Source of the DNA: Armatimonadota bacterium
GTDB taxonomy: Bacteria > Armatimonadota > UBA5829 > DSUL01
DNA: 64,000 nucleotides
Direction of reading: 5' to 3'
Assembly (NCBI GenBank): GCA_039811685.1
Contig: JBDHZC010000004.1
Span: forward strand, 64,001-128,000
The notes beneath the pieces were generated by a model. The model ran no database searches. It was not told where the DNA came from and saw only the letters and a list, made by a program, of their open reading frames with translations. The position numbers were made by a program, and so were the translations under genes. Below are positions 55,615 to 64,000 of the stretch, piece by piece (positions within the stretch are counted from its first letter, which is position 1; every line of letters starts with the position of its first letter).

Positions 55615-55649
55615 CGGAAAGGGACTTGAGGTTGGGGACCACAGCTTCG

Positions 55650-56663
55650 CTAGAAGTCGAACCGGTCCACGTTTTCCCTGGTGATCACGGCGCCTGGAAT
55701 CAGCACCTGTTCGCCCTTTACGCTGAGCTTGCCGATGCCTGGAATCTCCTGTCCATCCTTTGGCATCGCTCCTGTCTTCAGATTGTCGCGGACAAGCATG
55801 GCTGCGGCGTAGGTCAGGTCCGCGGGATTCCAGAGAATCGCACCCTGCACGATGCCTTTCTTGAGGTAAGGCTTGACTTCGCTGGGCAGTGAAATGCCCC
55901 AGACCTTGACTTTGCCGGCTTTGCCAGCCTGAATCAAGGCTTCCGCAGTTCCTGGCGCGGCAGGTGAGCAAACGCCCGCCATCCCCGCCAGGTCTGGATG
56001 CGCCTGCAACAGTGAGATAGCCTTGTTCACCGCCTGATCTTTCTGGTCGTTGCAGGCTAGAAGCGGCTCCACGACTGTAATCTGCGGGTGTTTCTTTAAC
56101 TCCTCCCGCACCCCCTGAACGTGCAGTCTGAGGTTGTTCGCGGTCAGAGTTCCGGTCATTATACCGACTTTGCCTTTTTCGCCAATATCCTCTGCAAGTC
56201 GCGCAGCCACGTCGCGCCCGATCTGAACGTCATCACAACCGGCCACGTAGAAAAGGCGCTTTGATCCGGGTGAATCCGAATCCCATGTATAAACCTTGAT
56301 GCCTGCGGCCGTTGCTTTGTCCATGGCCGGCTTCACTGAGTCAGCATCGTTAGCGGAAATCACTACCGCATCCACCTTGCGCGCAATCTGCTGCTCAATC
56401 AGGTTGATCTGGCCCTGAATATCGTTGCCTGTACTGGGCCCGATGAGCTCGGCGTTCACACCCAGTTCCTTGTTTGCCCTGTCCACACCCTGCTGCAAGC
56501 TGTCTGAGTAGCTTATCCCCATGACTTTGAAGATAAAGACAATGTGCGGTTTGCCTGCGTCCGCTGAACCTGAGGATACCGGACCTGTGGACTGGTGCTG
56601 GGCGCAGCCGGTGAGTGAGACGCCGGCAGCGACAGCGACGAGGACTTTCAGGAGTGATTTCAA
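55650..56663 (-). CDS. Sugar/AI-2-type ABC substrate-binding lipoprotein (LsrB/RhaS-like)
   Basis: Lipobox LTGC; KVYTWDSD, LWNPADL.Y, ITRENVD; TTGA overlap with the upstream permease. Confidence 0.85.
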   Translation of the reverse strand: MKSLLKVLVAVAAGVSLTGCAQHQSTGPVSSGSADAGKPHIVFIFKVMGISYSDSLQQGVDRANKELGVNAELIGPSTGNDIQGQINLIEQQIARKVDAVVISANDADSVKPAMDKATAAGIKVYTWDSDSPGSKRLFYVAGCDDVQIGRDVAARLAEDIGEKGKVGIMTGTLTANNLRLHVQGVREELKKHPQITVVEPLLACNDQKDQAVNKAISLLQAHPDLAGMAGVCSPAAPGTAEALIQAGKAGKVKVWGISLPSEVKPYLKKGIVQGAILWNPADLTYAAAMLVRDNLKTGAMPKDGQEIPGIGKLSVKGEQVLIPGAVITRENVDRFDF

Positions 56664-57631
56664 GTGTTGGAACCTCCGCGAATGAGCTTCTTGCGCGCAT
56701 TGTCAATGACAACTGCCGCGATCAGCGCTACAGCCAGCATCTGTGTGCGGACAAGATCAGACTGTCCTGTCAGTGCCAGACCGTTGCGCAAGGCCGCCAT
56801 CGTAGCCACACCGATGAGCGTCCCTATCAAGCTGCCTTCCCCTCCAGAGAGGCTCGTTCCTCCCAGAACCACAGCCGTAATCGCTTCAAACTCGTAGTTG
56901 CGCCCTGCGTCTGCAAAGGCGGTGGCAGACCTCGAGGAGATCAGCGCACCTGCCAATCCGGCAAGCAAAGACAACAGGAGATACGTCTGAAACTTAGCCC
57001 GGGTTACTGGAATGCCGGCCAGTTTCGCTGCCGCTTCAGACTGTCCCAGCGCAAGTATCTGCCTCCCGAAGACAGTCTGGCGCAGCAGCACATAGGCAAC
57101 TGCTACGGTTACAAGCAATATGATCGCCGGAGTGGGAACGCTTACACCGGGAAGGGCTACATCGGTTGAACTGATCGCCCGGAACGAGTCGTACGAGTAG
57201 AGCGAAAGACTCGTCCCCTGTGTCAGAACGTAGGCGATCCCGCGCGTCAGACTCATCGTGGCCAGAGTCACCAGCACGGGCTCCATTCCAAGGCGCGCAA
57301 TGGCAAATCCGTTCACCGCGCCGATGCCAAGAGCGCAGATCATCGCCGCTCCAAGCGCTGCCCAGATGTTCCATCCATGCCCGACCGCCAGAAATCCGAG
57401 CAGCATGCTCACCATCCCGGCCGTTCCTCCGACTGAGATATCTATGCCGCCGGTTGCGATCACCAACGTCATTCCAACAGCTACGATACCGATTTCCGCA
57501 TACTGCCGCGTCAGTCCGAACAGAGTCTCTGCTTCAAAGAAGTGTGGGGTGCGGGCAAACCAGATGGTGACGGCAATGAGAACGGCCACCGCGCCCAGGC
57601 GATATTTGGCGATCTCTCGAACAAGCCGCAC
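56660..57631 (-). CDS. Monosaccharide ABC transporter permease
   Basis: GGIDISVG, G.SE.AA.LAGI, AITAVVLGGTSLSGG.G. Confidence 0.9.
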   Translation of the reverse strand: MRLVREIAKYRLGAVAVLIAVTIWFARTPHFFEAETLFGLTRQYAEIGIVAVGMTLVIATGGIDISVGGTAGMVSMLLGFLAVGHGWNIWAALGAAMICALGIGAVNGFAIARLGMEPVLVTLATMSLTRGIAYVLTQGTSLSLYSYDSFRAISSTDVALPGVSVPTPAIILLVTVAVAYVLLRQTVFGRQILALGQSEAAAKLAGIPVTRAKFQTYLLLSLLAGLAGALISSRSATAFADAGRNYEFEAITAVVLGGTSLSGGEGSLIGTLIGVATMAALRNGLALTGQSDLVRTQMLAVALIAAVVIDNARKKLIRGGSNT

Positions 57632-58590
57632 TAGGCCGCTTCCATTCTTCTGGCGGCCAGCTTGTCAGCGCCGCCAACGACCAGAATGGCGACTCCGATA
57701 ATTGCCTGATACCAGTAGACATCCAGCCCCGCGACGATCAAGCCGTTCCTCAAGACTGCCATAATCGCAGCGCCCGCTGCCGTGCCAAGCACACTGCCGC
57801 GCCCGCCTGTGATGGACGTGCCACCGATGACAACAGCCGCTATCACGTCCAGTTCATAGCCCATGAGCATGTTGCCCTGCACGGAATTAAGCATGGCGCT
57901 GGCTATCAGTCCGGCCAGACCAGCGCAAAGGCCGCTGATGGCATACGTCCATCCAATCGTCCGTTTCACGCGCACACCGGCCAGACGCGCCGCCTGAAGA
58001 TTGCCACCCACAGCGAGCACGTGACGCCCGAACGAGCTGCGCGACAACCCTGCCAGCCCTGCCGCCAGAGCGAGCGCGAACAACCCGAAGGACCCAACGC
58101 CCGTGCCTAGAGCCCTGAATCCAGCCGGTAGATCGCTAATCAGAGTCACAGTCTGAATCGCCTGAACACGATAGAGGCTGAGCGTGGCAAGTGTAGCGAC
58201 AATTGGAGGCGCCTCCAGCACTGTAACCAAAAAGGCATTTCCGGCTCCAAGCGCTACCGACGACGCCAGAGCGACCGCGACAGGGAATACAATCCCCCCA
58301 GTTCTCTGCATCAGAATCGCCATGAAGCTGGACGACAGGGCCAGAATGGACGCGCAGGACAGATCAATGCCGCCCGTAATCACAACGAATGTCATCCCGA
58401 TCCCCATGGCGCCGATGATTGCGGTGTCCCGCCCTATGGAACCGATGTTGACAGCGTTTGAAAACCCGTGGACACGCAAGGAGAAGAAGGCTGCAAGCGC
58501 TGCCAGAAGGAGCAACAGAGGGAGTTCGCGCAGAACTGCCCGTCGGTGAGGAGAAGATGTGGAAGATGCGCCTGCGGGATTGCCTTTCAC
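57631..58590 (-). CDS. Monosaccharide ABC transporter permease (start GTG 58590 after AGGA; alternative 58677)
   Basis: GGIDLS, GGN..AARLAGV, IAAVVIGGTSITGG.G. Confidence 0.88.
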   Translation of the reverse strand: MKGNPAGASSTSSPHRRAVLRELPLLLLLAALAAFFSLRVHGFSNAVNIGSIGRDTAIIGAMGIGMTFVVITGGIDLSCASILALSSSFMAILMQRTGGIVFPVAVALASSVALGAGNAFLVTVLEAPPIVATLATLSLYRVQAIQTVTLISDLPAGFRALGTGVGSFGLFALALAAGLAGLSRSSFGRHVLAVGGNLQAARLAGVRVKRTIGWTYAISGLCAGLAGLIASAMLNSVQGNMLMGYELDVIAAVVIGGTSITGGRGSVLGTAAGAAIMAVLRNGLIVAGLDVYWYQAIIGVAILVVGGADKLAARRMEAA

Positions 58591-58735
58591 AGTATTCCTG
58601 AAGCTACGTTCAGGCTGCGCCTTTTTCCTCCCGCCTTCTGAGCGCTGTTGGCGCACACCGGGCGCGAAAATCGGCACTCAGGCGTCCTTTGTGAGACAGG
58701 AAAGACTGCCTCTGCAGCGGAACTCCACAGAAAGA

Positions 58736-59821
58736 ATGCGAACAGGTGTCGCCAATCTGCCTCTGCACTCCGGAAAAGCGCCGCGCTGGCTCTTCAGTCG
58801 AATGACTCAGCTTGCGGGCACTGTTACGGAGATGATCGTTGCTGAGTACGGGCCGGACAAAATGCTGGAGCGTCTGGCCGATCCCAGATGGTTTCAGGCG
58901 TTCGGCTGTGTCCTGGGCTTTGACTGGCATTCTTCAGGCGTTACCACCACCACGTGCGGCGCCATCAAAGAGGGGATCAAGGGTAGGGAAGCGGAGCTCG
59001 GCTTTTTCGTGGCTGGCGGTAAGGGAGGCGTGTCGCGGAAGACTCCGGAGGAGATTGTGCACTACTGTGGCACATCTGTTGAAGGTGTGCTGCCGGAGCC
59101 TCTGGTTAACGCGAGCAAACTTTCCGCGAAAGTGGACAACACCGCGCTGCAGGACGGGTATCAGCTTTATCACCACTGCTTCTTCTTCACGCGAAGCGCG
59201 GCCTGGTCGGTCGTGCAGCAGGGAATGAACGAGACCAATCAATACGCGCGCCGCTACCACTGGCACTCGCCGCGCCTGTCGAGCTTTGTCAACGAACCTC
59301 ATTCAGGGATTGCCAGTCAGAGTCGGTCTGATCAAGTCCTGAACATGGTTGCCCACGAGTCCGAAGCGTCTCGCCGCGCGCTCGTAGAAGTTGTCAAGCA
59401 GACACCCGTCCAGATCAAAAAGGAGCTCAGGTCCCTTGAGCGCCTGGACATGCCCTCGCGGCACTGGATCGCTCCCGAAGACCTTTCGCCGCGCGGGCTG
59501 GACAAAGTTCTCATTGAGACCTATGACCGTCAGCCCGCGAGCTTTGAACAGCTTCTCGCGATACGCGGGGTGGGGCCCAAGACACTGCGCGCCCTTGTCA
59601 TGGTGGCCGAGATCGCTTACGGCGCCCGGCCAAGTTGGAAAGATCCGGCTGTCTACTCTTTCGCACATGGAGGGAAAGACGGCATTCCCTATCCAGTGGA
59701 TCGACCCCTCTACGACGAGACTGTCTCCATCCTCAAAAAGGCAATCGGCGCCTCCCGGATGGGACAGTCGGACAAACTGACTGCCATCCGGCGTCTGGCA
59801 TCCTTCTGGCCTGATGTCTAG
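58736..59821 (+). CDS. DUF763 domain protein
   Basis: G.ANLPLH.GKAP.WL, GFDWHSSG.TT, HhH-like GVGPKTLRAL, FAHGGKDG.PYPVD. Confidence 0.88.
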   Translation: MRTGVANLPLHSGKAPRWLFSRMTQLAGTVTEMIVAEYGPDKMLERLADPRWFQAFGCVLGFDWHSSGVTTTTCGAIKEGIKGREAELGFFVAGGKGGVSRKTPEEIVHYCGTSVEGVLPEPLVNASKLSAKVDNTALQDGYQLYHHCFFFTRSAAWSVVQQGMNETNQYARRYHWHSPRLSSFVNEPHSGIASQSRSDQVLNMVAHESEASRRALVEVVKQTPVQIKKELRSLERLDMPSRHWIAPEDLSPRGLDKVLIETYDRQPASFEQLLAIRGVGPKTLRALVMVAEIAYGARPSWKDPAVYSFAHGGKDGIPYPVDRPLYDETVSILKKAIGASRMGQSDKLTAIRRLASFWPDV

Positions 59822-59951
59822 GACTGTCCGCGTCACTGTATTCACGCTCGCGGACGCCTCCGGGAAGTGACCCTGGCGCCGCAGGAACGCAGGTCAGGGC
59901 GCATGCTATACTCCTGTTCAGTCTCAATCCTGGGCCTACACGGAGAACGAT

Positions 59952-60851
59952 ATGACTCATGCTGACAAAGCGCGCAGACTGCGCAGCCTGCTTGAGAGGC
60001 CGGGTCTGGTCCGCAGCCTCGGCGCTCACGATGTCTTTACAGCGCTGATTGTGGAGGAAGCGGGATTCGAGACCGTCTTTGCCGGCGGCTTCGGAACTTC
60101 GGCGAGCCGTCTTGGAATGCCGGATCTGAACCTCATCACTATGACGGAGATGGCGGAAGCTGTGCGTCGAATGTCTGAGAGGGTGTCGATTCCAGTCGTT
60201 GCGGATGGCGACACGGGACATGGAGATATCGCGAACGTCATGCGCACGGTGGAGGAGTTTGAGAGGGGTGGCGCAAGTGGGATTCTGCTGGAGGATCAAG
60301 TTGCGCCCAAGCGGTGCGGTCATTTTGAGGGAAAGGAGGTCATCGCGACCGACCACTTTCTTCTGAAGCTCAAAGCTGCTCTTCGCGCACGCTCAAATCC
60401 AGATTTTGTCATCATCGCTCGCACAGACGCCAGGCAGGTAAATGGTCTGGACGACGCCATCGACAGAGTCAACCGGGCCGGAGATATTGGTGTTGATTGT
60501 GTGTTCATCGAAGCGCCCCGTTCTATAGAAGAGCTCGAGACAATTCCCGCGCGGGTGCGCTATCCGTTACTGGCCAACATGCTCACTGGAGGTGACACTC
60601 CCATCCTGGACGCTAAAGCCCTGGACAGCCTTGGATATAAAATCGCCGTCTACCCTGTCGAAAGCCTTATGGTTACTCTGGTTGCGATGCGAAGGCTGGC
60701 GCGGACACTGTTGCAGGACGGCAATCTCAGGTCTATGACAGATGAGTTGGCGTCTTTTCGCGACTTGAAACAGCTTCTCGGGCTTGAAGGGTTTCTGGAG
60801 CTCAAGACCACGCTGGAAGGCCCTCAGGGCAGCAAAGTAGCTCCCGTCTGA
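59952..60851 (+). CDS. Isocitrate lyase/PEP mutase family enzyme (methylisocitrate lyase-like)
   Basis: ADGDTGHG, EDQVAPKRCGH, IIARTDA. Confidence 0.88.
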   Translation: MTHADKARRLRSLLERPGLVRSLGAHDVFTALIVEEAGFETVFAGGFGTSASRLGMPDLNLITMTEMAEAVRRMSERVSIPVVADGDTGHGDIANVMRTVEEFERGGASGILLEDQVAPKRCGHFEGKEVIATDHFLLKLKAALRARSNPDFVIIARTDARQVNGLDDAIDRVNRAGDIGVDCVFIEAPRSIEELETIPARVRYPLLANMLTGGDTPILDAKALDSLGYKIAVYPVESLMVTLVAMRRLARTLLQDGNLRSMTDELASFRDLKQLLGLEGFLELKTTLEGPQGSKVAPV

Positions 60852-60876
60852 CAGGACGGGCTCAAGGAAGGCTGAA

Positions 60877-63681
60877 TTGGTGTACGAAACGAAAAGAATA
60901 GTTGTCTGGGTGTTGGCCGGTCTTCTGGCTCTCGTTGTGCTGTCGGCTGTCCCGCTCTACGTTGACTGGATCTGGTTTCTAAGCCTGGGCTATGGCCGTA
61001 TCTTCAGCACCATTTTGCTCTCCAAGATAGCGTTGGGCGTTGTGGTTGGCGCTCTGTTTTTCGCCGTCGTCTGGGGAAATGCCTGGTATGCTCTACGTTC
61101 CAGTTCCGGGCGTCTGGAACTGTACACCGTTGATGGGCGGCTGCCGATATTCTTCGACCGGATGATCCGGCGCGGTGTTGAGTTCATCGTCCTGTTTGGC
61201 GGGATTGTACTCTCTGTGCTTATTGGGCTGGAAGCAGCGACCCACTGGCAGTCCTGGCTACAGTTTTCAAACTACGTTCCGTTCGGCAAGACCGATCCGG
61301 TTTTTGGTAACGACATAGGCTTCTACGTCTTTCGTCTCAGCTTCTTGCAGTTCGCTTACCGTGCGTTGATGCTGGCCCTTATCGCGGCAGCGGTGGCTGC
61401 TGCTGCAGTGCTCTATCTGTCGCGCACTGTGGATATCCTCGCTGGCAAGCTCAAGATCACATCTGTAGCCGCCGGGCAACTGGGTTTGCTGCTGGCGCTT
61501 ATCACTGCGCTGCAGGCTATTGGCTTCAGGCTCAGCGCCTACGGCCTGTTATATACCGCAACTCAGACATTGTATGGTGTGGGTTATGCTGACGCTCATG
61601 TGCGTCTCACAGCCATTGACCTGGCCACAGTTCTGGCTGGTCTCGGAGCCGTGGTCGTTCTTTTCGGGGCGAGACGCCGCAGTATCCAGATCGTCGTCGC
61701 AGGTGTATTTCTGGCTCCCGTGGCCAACATCATCATCGGTGGAGCTGTGGCTGCGCTGACCCAGCGCCTGGTAGTCAATCCTGATGAGTTCAACAAGGAG
61801 CGGCCGTATCTCAAGCGCCATATTACTGCCACTCAGCAGGCCTATGGGCTGGACAAAGTGGACCGCCGTCCGTTCAGCTTCTCGGGGACTCTGACCGCGG
61901 GGGATCTCAAACGCAACAAGGTCACTCTGCAAAGCGTCCGCCTGTGGGACTATGTGCCTCTGCAGGCGGCTTACAAACAGCTCCAGGAGATACAGCAGTA
62001 CTACAATTTCAACGAAGTCGACATTGACCGCTATACGGTTGACGGGGTGTACAGACAGGTGATGCTCTCGGCGCGTGAGTTGGACAAAGGCGCGCTTCCA
62101 CAGACAGCCAGGACATGGGTCAATCTGAAACTCAAATACACGCATGGATACGGGCTGGCTATGAGTCCGGTGAACGAGGTATCACCGGAAGGACTGCCTA
62201 CCTTTTTCATTAAAGACATCCCTCCTCAAAGCTCCAAAGACGCTTTTGACGTGACGCGTCCGCAACTGTACTACGGGGAATCGACCGACGACTACGTAAT
62301 TGTAGATACACGCATTGGCGAGTTTGACTATCCCAGGGGTTCAACGGGAGTGGAAACTCGTTACGCGTCTGCTTCTGGAGTACCTGTTGGCGGCTTCTTC
62401 AGGCGCTTGGCGTTGGCGTTGCGATTTGCGGACCTGAACCTGATTCTTCCTGGTAATCTCACGTCGAACAGCCGCATTCTGTTCCGGCGCGATATCGTCG
62501 AGCGCATCCGCACTCTCGCGCCGTTTCTCGAGCTTGACAGCGATCCGTATCTAGTTTTGACTGGTGGTAGATTAGTGTGGCTTCAGGATGCCTACACGAC
62601 ATCCAGCCTCTACCCATACTCACAACCATCATTCTTGCTTGGCCGCAATACGGATGCCAGTACTGGCCGGGTCGTTGCGCTCAACTACATCCGCAACTCT
62701 GTGAAGATTGTGACAGATGCGTACACTGGCGATGTACGCTTCTACTCCTTTGACACCGCTGACCCGGTGTTGAAGTCGTACAGCAAGGCGTTTCCGGGTG
62801 TGTTCCACAGCGCTTCTGAAATGCCGGCGGACTTGAAAGACCACGTGCGCTATCCCGAAGACCTCTTTAGTCTCCAGACAGATATGTACACCACGTATCA
62901 CATGTCAGATGCGCAGCAGTTCTTCTCCAAGGGAGATTTGTGGGCTATCCCCAGTCTGGAGCAGACTGACACTGGGGTGGATGCGCAAGGCTTTATGGAG
63001 CCTTACTACGTAATAATGAAGCTTCCCGATGCCGCTGAGGAGGAGTTCATCATGTTGATGCCCTACCGGCGGGCGAACAAGGACAACATGGTGGCATGGA
63101 TGGCGGCAAAGTGCGATCAACGGGACTACGGGCGCCTGGTTGTCTATGAGTTCCCCAAAGGAGAGCAATTCTACGGCCCGGCTCAGATACAGGCCAGAGC
63201 GAATCAGGACACGGAAATATCGGAGCAGATGACGCTGTGGAATCAACAAAAGTCTGCGGTAAGCAGAGGCAATCTCCTGGTCATCCCCATCGAACACACC
63301 ATGCTGTATATAGAGCCACTCTATCTGCAGTCCACGAGCGCTAAAATTCCCGAGTTCAAACGCGTCATCGTCGCGCTTGGCAATAAGGTGACAATGCAGC
63401 CGACACTCAGCGACGCACTTAGCTTTCTGATTGGAGGCGAAGCAGGGCAGGCGGTGTCCGGACTGGAGTTCTCCGATTCCACTCAGCCAGCAGCATCCAA
63501 CTTACGGGTGTTCCAAAGACCCGGCGCAGCTGAGTCCTCCGGACCACGCCAGATTCTGGAGAAGGCGTATTCACTGTACCAGCGCTCCACATCAGCGCAG
63601 CGCAATGGTGACTGGGCGGAGTATGGGCGGCTCCAAAAGGAGCTGGGCGAAGTGCTGCGGCAATCCGCCTCAAAACCATGA
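60877..63681 (+). CDS. UPF0182 family membrane protein
   Basis: DW.WF.SLGY, DPVFG.DIGFYVF.L, RLWD, YTHGYG, NYIRNSVK, RGNLLVIP, YIEPLYL. Confidence 0.92.
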   Translation: MVYETKRIVVWVLAGLLALVVLSAVPLYVDWIWFLSLGYGRIFSTILLSKIALGVVVGALFFAVVWGNAWYALRSSSGRLELYTVDGRLPIFFDRMIRRGVEFIVLFGGIVLSVLIGLEAATHWQSWLQFSNYVPFGKTDPVFGNDIGFYVFRLSFLQFAYRALMLALIAAAVAAAAVLYLSRTVDILAGKLKITSVAAGQLGLLLALITALQAIGFRLSAYGLLYTATQTLYGVGYADAHVRLTAIDLATVLAGLGAVVVLFGARRRSIQIVVAGVFLAPVANIIIGGAVAALTQRLVVNPDEFNKERPYLKRHITATQQAYGLDKVDRRPFSFSGTLTAGDLKRNKVTLQSVRLWDYVPLQAAYKQLQEIQQYYNFNEVDIDRYTVDGVYRQVMLSARELDKGALPQTARTWVNLKLKYTHGYGLAMSPVNEVSPEGLPTFFIKDIPPQSSKDAFDVTRPQLYYGESTDDYVIVDTRIGEFDYPRGSTGVETRYASASGVPVGGFFRRLALALRFADLNLILPGNLTSNSRILFRRDIVERIRTLAPFLELDSDPYLVLTGGRLVWLQDAYTTSSLYPYSQPSFLLGRNTDASTGRVVALNYIRNSVKIVTDAYTGDVRFYSFDTADPVLKSYSKAFPGVFHSASEMPADLKDHVRYPEDLFSLQTDMYTTYHMSDAQQFFSKGDLWAIPSLEQTDTGVDAQGFMEPYYVIMKLPDAAEEEFIMLMPYRRANKDNMVAWMAAKCDQRDYGRLVVYEFPKGEQFYGPAQIQARANQDTEISEQMTLWNQQKSAVSRGNLLVIPIEHTMLYIEPLYLQSTSAKIPEFKRVIVALGNKVTMQPTLSDALSFLIGGEAGQAVSGLEFSDSTQPAASNLRVFQRPGAAESSGPRQILEKAYSLYQRSTSAQRNGDWAEYGRLQKELGEVLRQSASKP

Positions 63682-63738
63682 TCGGGACTCCCAAATTTGC
63701 GGAATTCCAAGTTTTTGCAGGAATTTTCCGTCAGGGTG

Positions 63739-63788
63739 TTGACAGCTTTCGATAATCGTAGTAGATTATTCGCACAGCGTTTGCGAAT
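63739..63788 (+). promoter_or_regulatory. Sigma70 promoter followed by a palindromic operator-like site, for a gene beyond the window
   Basis: TTGACA-17 nt-TAGATT, then ATTCGCA-CAGCGTT-TGCGAAT across the predicted +1. Confidence 0.6.
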
Positions 63789-64000
63789 TGCGGAATCGGT
63801 TGCTCACTGTTTTTAGCGCGCAAATGCAGCGATATCTTCTTCTGGCTGTTGCAGTTAGGCCAGGGCTTCAACAGCTGGATCCCCGCGGCGCCCGCAACCC
63901 CAAAATTGCGGGCGCCGTTATTATTGCTCCGCTTCACTTCTCCTTGCGATCCTGACAGACCGCAAATGGTCCGGTTTGCACAGCGCGCACAGCCAGGCCG

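Overview
A GC-rich bacterial chromosomal window, most likely from Armatimonadota or a related diderm Terrabacterium. This is an inference from an SLH-porin, a PEP-CTERM protein, a DUF1559-type pilin and an lptB-lptF/G-DUF3084-yqgF block. Most of it is housekeeping: the LPS export/outer membrane block, metY-metX-metW, nth, folB, a four-tRNA cluster, tig-clpP-clpX-lon, clpB, ugd, tgt, pgl, PFOR, gap-pgk-tpiA, sugar ABC components and UPF0182. It also carries tRNA-Glu and a probable 6S RNA. No transposase, integrase, prophage or CRISPR array was seen. The standout is a minus-strand operon (about 31733 to 28454) with its own sigma70 promoter and a clear cobalamin riboswitch. It encodes no recognisable B12 transporter or enzyme. 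Instead it encodes a type IV pilin-like DUF1559/H-X9-DG protein, a PEP-CTERM surface protein with a transcobalamin/DUF4430-like motif, and a secreted protein resembling Bacteroidota B12-locus surface proteins. Together these are a candidate pilus/surface-based corrinoid capture system. Other oddities are an unlisted 47-aa DUF5679 gene behind a switch-like leader, a frameshifted solute-binding gene, a 15-bp VNTR in yqgF, a Cys-rich tail on an IscA/ErpA protein, tgt without a canonical start, and an ABC operon without an ATPase. All family assignments come from motif recognition by eye, not database searches.
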